Position numbers and translations under genes: made by a program
From: Nitrosopumilus sp.
GTDB lineage: Archaea; Thermoproteota; Nitrososphaeria; Nitrososphaerales; Nitrosopumilaceae
DNA: 64,000 nt
Direction of reading: 5' to 3'
Assembly: GCA_965219345.1 (NCBI GenBank)
Contig: OZ244732.1
Coordinates: 704,001-768,000 of the forward strand
Notes under the pieces: generated by a model
What the model saw: the letters and a program-made list of their open reading frames with translations, nothing else
Told to the model about the DNA's origin: nothing
Databases searched by the model: none
In this document: positions 61,020 through 64,000 of the stretch, piece by piece
Layout of the letters: each line of letters begins with the position of its first letter
How positions within the stretch are numbered: position 1 is the stretch's first letter

Positions 61020-61883
61020 TTGATAAACCATGTGGCTGGAATCGGAAATGTACGAGTAGGAGGAAAAAATCCTGTACGTATAATGGCCATTATAAACACT
61101 AGTCCTGAATCATTTTACAAAAAGTCTGTCAAGACAACAAAAACTCACATAAAAAATACTGTGAAACAGATGGAAGATGATGGTGTAGATTTTATCGATG
61201 TTGGAGGTATGTCTACTACACCTTATTTATCTACAGCAGTCTCAGAAAAAGTTGAATCAAAAAGAATTCTTAATGCAATAAAAATAATTCAAAATGTCTC
61301 CAATCTACCAATTTCTGTTGATACATGTAGGGCCAAAGTTGCTAGAGATGCTTTAGAATGTGGTGTTGAGATAATCAATGATATTTCTGGATTAAAGTAT
61401 GATCGAAAAATGCAGGAGGTTGTCTCAGAATTTGTTCCATCTCTAATTTTATGTGCATATAATTCCAAAACTGTTTTTGGAAATACCATAACTGTAACAA
61501 AAAAACTTCTTAGAGAAAGCTTGAAAATTGCAAAAAAATCAAATATTCCATCAGAAAAAATTGTATTAGATCCCGCTATTGGATTTTTTAGAAAAACTGG
61601 ACAAGGCCCATTTTTTACAAAAATTAAATCAGATTGGGTGGAAAGAGATCTATCAATAATCAAAAACTTGAATTCTATAAAGCAGAACCATCCAATTTTA
61701 ATCTCAATTTCAAACAAATCCTTCCTAGGAAATCTTTTAGGAAAAGAAAATCCTACTGATCGATTGTTTGGCTCGGTAGCTGCAGAAGCTATATCTGTCA
61801 TAAATGGTGCTGATATTATTCGCACTCATAATGTTGAGGCTACTAAAGAAGCAATAACAATAGCTTCGAGACTCTCAAGATGA
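61020..61883 (+). CDS. folP: dihydropteroate synthase
   Basis: IINTSPESF, IDVGGMST, SVDT, INDISG, LDPAIGF, SNKSF, IRTHNV. Confidence 0.9.
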   Translation: MINHVAGIGNVRVGGKNPVRIMAIINTSPESFYKKSVKTTKTHIKNTVKQMEDDGVDFIDVGGMSTTPYLSTAVSEKVESKRILNAIKIIQNVSNLPISVDTCRAKVARDALECGVEIINDISGLKYDRKMQEVVSEFVPSLILCAYNSKTVFGNTITVTKKLLRESLKIAKKSNIPSEKIVLDPAIGFFRKTGQGPFFTKIKSDWVERDLSIIKNLNSIKQNHPILISISNKSFLGNLLGKENPTDRLFGSVAAEAISVINGADIIRTHNVEATKEAITIASRLSR

Positions 61884-61928
61884 CACAAAGGCTTATAATC
61901 AATATTTTACTTCGTTAACAAGGTTTCA

Positions 61929-63359
61929 TTGGAATTCAAAGAGGGATTAACTTTTGACGACGTTCTTCTTGTACCTAAATATTCAGATATTACAAGTAGA
62001 AGTCAAACCGATCTAAGTACTAAATTATCTCGAAATATCTCAATTAACATTCCTTTTGTAAGTGCAAATATGGATACTGTCACTGAATCCTTAATGGCTA
62101 TGGCAATGGCTCGTGCCGGGGGTATAGGAATCATTCACAGATTTTTATCCATTCAAGAACAAACCAACGAAGTTCTCAAAGTGAAACGTTCAGGTAGCGT
62201 GATGATAGAAAATCCTTATTCTATCTCTCCTGACAAATCAATCCAAGATGCTCTAGACTATGCAGAAGACAAAGATATCTCTGGTCTTTTGGTAGTTGAT
62301 TCTAATTCTAAATTGGCAGGAATAATAACTGAGAGAGATTTACTGTTTGCTAATCGCAATGATCATATTCATGATGTTATGACAAAAGATGTTGTAACCG
62401 CAAAACCTGGAGTTACATTAGATGAAGCAAAAGAAATTTTACACAAACATAGAATTGAAAAATTACCAATAACTGACGATTCAGGAATTATCAAAGGATT
62501 GATTACAAGTAAGGATATTACAAATAATGAAGATTATCCAAATGCATCCAAAGATAAGAAAGGACGACCATTAGTTGGAGCAGCGGTTGGTGTAAAAGGT
62601 GACTTTTTAGAAAGAAGCGAATCTCTTTTAGAAGCCGGAGCTGATGTTCTTGTTGTTGATATTGCACATGGTCATAGTGAAAATGCATTAAACACAGTTC
62701 GTAATATCAAAAAAGCGTTTCCAGATTGTGAATTAATTGCAGGAAATGTAGCAACTGCCCAAGGTACAGAAGATTTGATAAAAGCAGGAGTTGATGCGGT
62801 AAAGGTTGGTGTGGGATCCGGCTCAATTTGTATTACTAGAGTAATAACTGGTTCTGGTGTACCGCAATTGACTGCAGTATTGGATTGTGCAAAAACAGGC
62901 AAGGATCATGACATTCCAATAATTTCTGATGGTGGTACAAGAACTTCTGGTGATGCAACAAAGGGATTGGCTGCTGGTGCTTCATCTGTAATGGTAGGTA
63001 GTATGCTTGGAGGCACTGATGAATCACCTGGTACAGTTTTGACTAAGAACGGAAAACGTTTCAAAGTTTATCGTGGAATGGCTTCTCTTGCCGCTTCAAT
63101 TGGCAGAAAATCAAAACTAACAGGTACAATTTCACTTGATGACGATCTTAATGACTATGTTGCAGAAGGAGTTGAGGCTATGGTACCTTACAAAGGAACT
63201 GTAACTGATATACTGAAACAACTTACAGGCGGTGTCCGCTCGGGCTTAAGCTATTGCGGTGCACATACAATTACTCAAATGCAAAATAATGCAGAGTTTA
63301 TCAAAATGTCAAGAGCTGGATTTGCAGAAAGTCAGCCTCATGATGTTTCTTTGATGTAG
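61929..63359 (+). CDS. guaB: inosine-5'-monophosphate dehydrogenase
   Basis: [11 protein letters not shown] pair, [18 protein letters not shown]. Confidence 0.95.
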   Translation: MEFKEGLTFDDVLLVPKYSDITSRSQTDLSTKLSRNISINIPFVSANMDTVTESLMAMAMARAGGIGIIHRFLSIQEQTNEVLKVKRSGSVMIENPYSISPDKSIQDALDYAEDKDISGLLVVDSNSKLAGIITERDLLFANRNDHIHDVMTKDVVTAKPGVTLDEAKEILHKHRIEKLPITDDSGIIKGLITSKDITNNEDYPNASKDKKGRPLVGAAVGVKGDFLERSESLLEAGADVLVVDIAHGHSENALNTVRNIKKAFPDCELIAGNVATAQGTEDLIKAGVDAVKVGVGSGSICITRVITGSGVPQLTAVLDCAKTGKDHDIPIISDGGTRTSGDATKGLAAGASSVMVGSMLGGTDESPGTVLTKNGKRFKVYRGMASLAASIGRKSKLTGTISLDDDLNDYVAEGVEAMVPYKGTVTDILKQLTGGVRSGLSYCGAHTITQMQNNAEFIKMSRAGFAESQPHDVSLM

Positions 63360-63394
63360 TTAATTTTTTAAACAGTATGTAGAATCATTGAATT

Positions 63395-63865
63395 ATGTTA
63401 TCAAAAAGAACTGTCATTGGACTAATAGTTGGAAGTGCAATTATTGCAATTGGTGGCGCTTCTTTAATTCTACATATTGGAACAATTACTGTTAATGAAA
63501 ATTATGTTGTAGAAGTTGGTGATTCAGCATTCTATACAATTCCTGCTCCTATTCACACCCCACAATCTATGACTATTACTGGTAATACTTTTGATCTCAA
63601 ACTTGAAAGTCCAGCTAATGGATTACAGATTCTAAACACTACTTCATACAAAGACGAATTGACCTTGGATTGGATTCATGAAGCAGATGGTGAAACAAAA
63701 ATCCAGATCCAAAATACCGGTAATGCTGAATTAGAAATAACTGGGGTCTTAATTAGAAGCTCTGATCCAATCTGGTTTACCTATGATCTTATGGTGATTA
63801 TATCTGGAATGGTGATTATCGGATTTAGTATGGGATTTACCTTAAGAAAGCCCAAAGGCTTTTAG
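63395..63865 (+). CDS. membrane protein (N- and C-terminal TM helices)
   Basis: hydrophobic termini flanking soluble beta-rich domain. Confidence 0.6.
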   Translation: MLSKRTVIGLIVGSAIIAIGGASLILHIGTITVNENYVVEVGDSAFYTIPAPIHTPQSMTITGNTFDLKLESPANGLQILNTTSYKDELTLDWIHEADGETKIQIQNTGNAELEITGVLIRSSDPIWFTYDLMVIISGMVIIGFSMGFTLRKPKGF

Positions 63866-63999
63866 CTTAGTTTTGCAGAAGTATACGAGCCTAAAACTTT
63901 CATGAAGATAGTCTCTTGTTTTATTTTATCTAGCATTTCCGAAATCTGCAGATTTTTTTCATGCCCTTCAAAATCTACATAAAAATTGTATTCCCACGT
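63862..63999 (-). CDS. pheA: prephenate dehydratase, C-terminal ACT domain (partial)
   Basis: WEYNFYVDFEGH..KVLGSY. Confidence 0.8.
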   Translation of the reverse strand, partial: TWEYNFYVDFEGHEKNLQISEMLDKIKQETIFMKVLGSYTSAKLS

Positions 64000-64000
64000 A

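Noticed and set aside
3399-63027. Many 60-180 aa ORFs antisense to or overlapping core genes
   Set aside because: They overlap well-supported genes and have no recognisable motifs.

Overview
AT-rich genomic window from an ammonia-oxidising archaeon (Nitrosopumilus-like Nitrososphaerota; inferred from archaeal r-proteins S19e/S27e/L44e, TFE, NAC, thermosome, GCH III, aTrm56 and gene order). Most of the window is core genome: thiolase/DUF35, a wHTH-ATP-cone-degenerate NrdD protein ahead of a class II RNR, tRNA-Gly, riboflavin and cobalamin clusters, asd, guaA/guaB and folate genes. There are two accessory regions: the tail of one at 1-1560 (PD-(D/E)XK exonuclease, Vsr) and a 12.4 kb island at 40928-53350 between rpl44e and adenine deaminase. 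The island is bracketed by two identical, inverted 128-bp IS6-type MITEs. An 8-bp target duplication in inverted orientation indicates a MITE-driven replicative inversion. Inside are: a 4-kb IS6-like element with 55-bp TIRs carrying a type II R-M pair (REase frameshifted at a G11 tract), an S8-protease/adhesin pseudogene split by IS630, a DUF3800 gene followed by a compact three-way-junction RNA candidate, and an OLD-family nuclease split by IS481 (15-bp TSD). All calls are from motif recognition by eye; no database searches were run.
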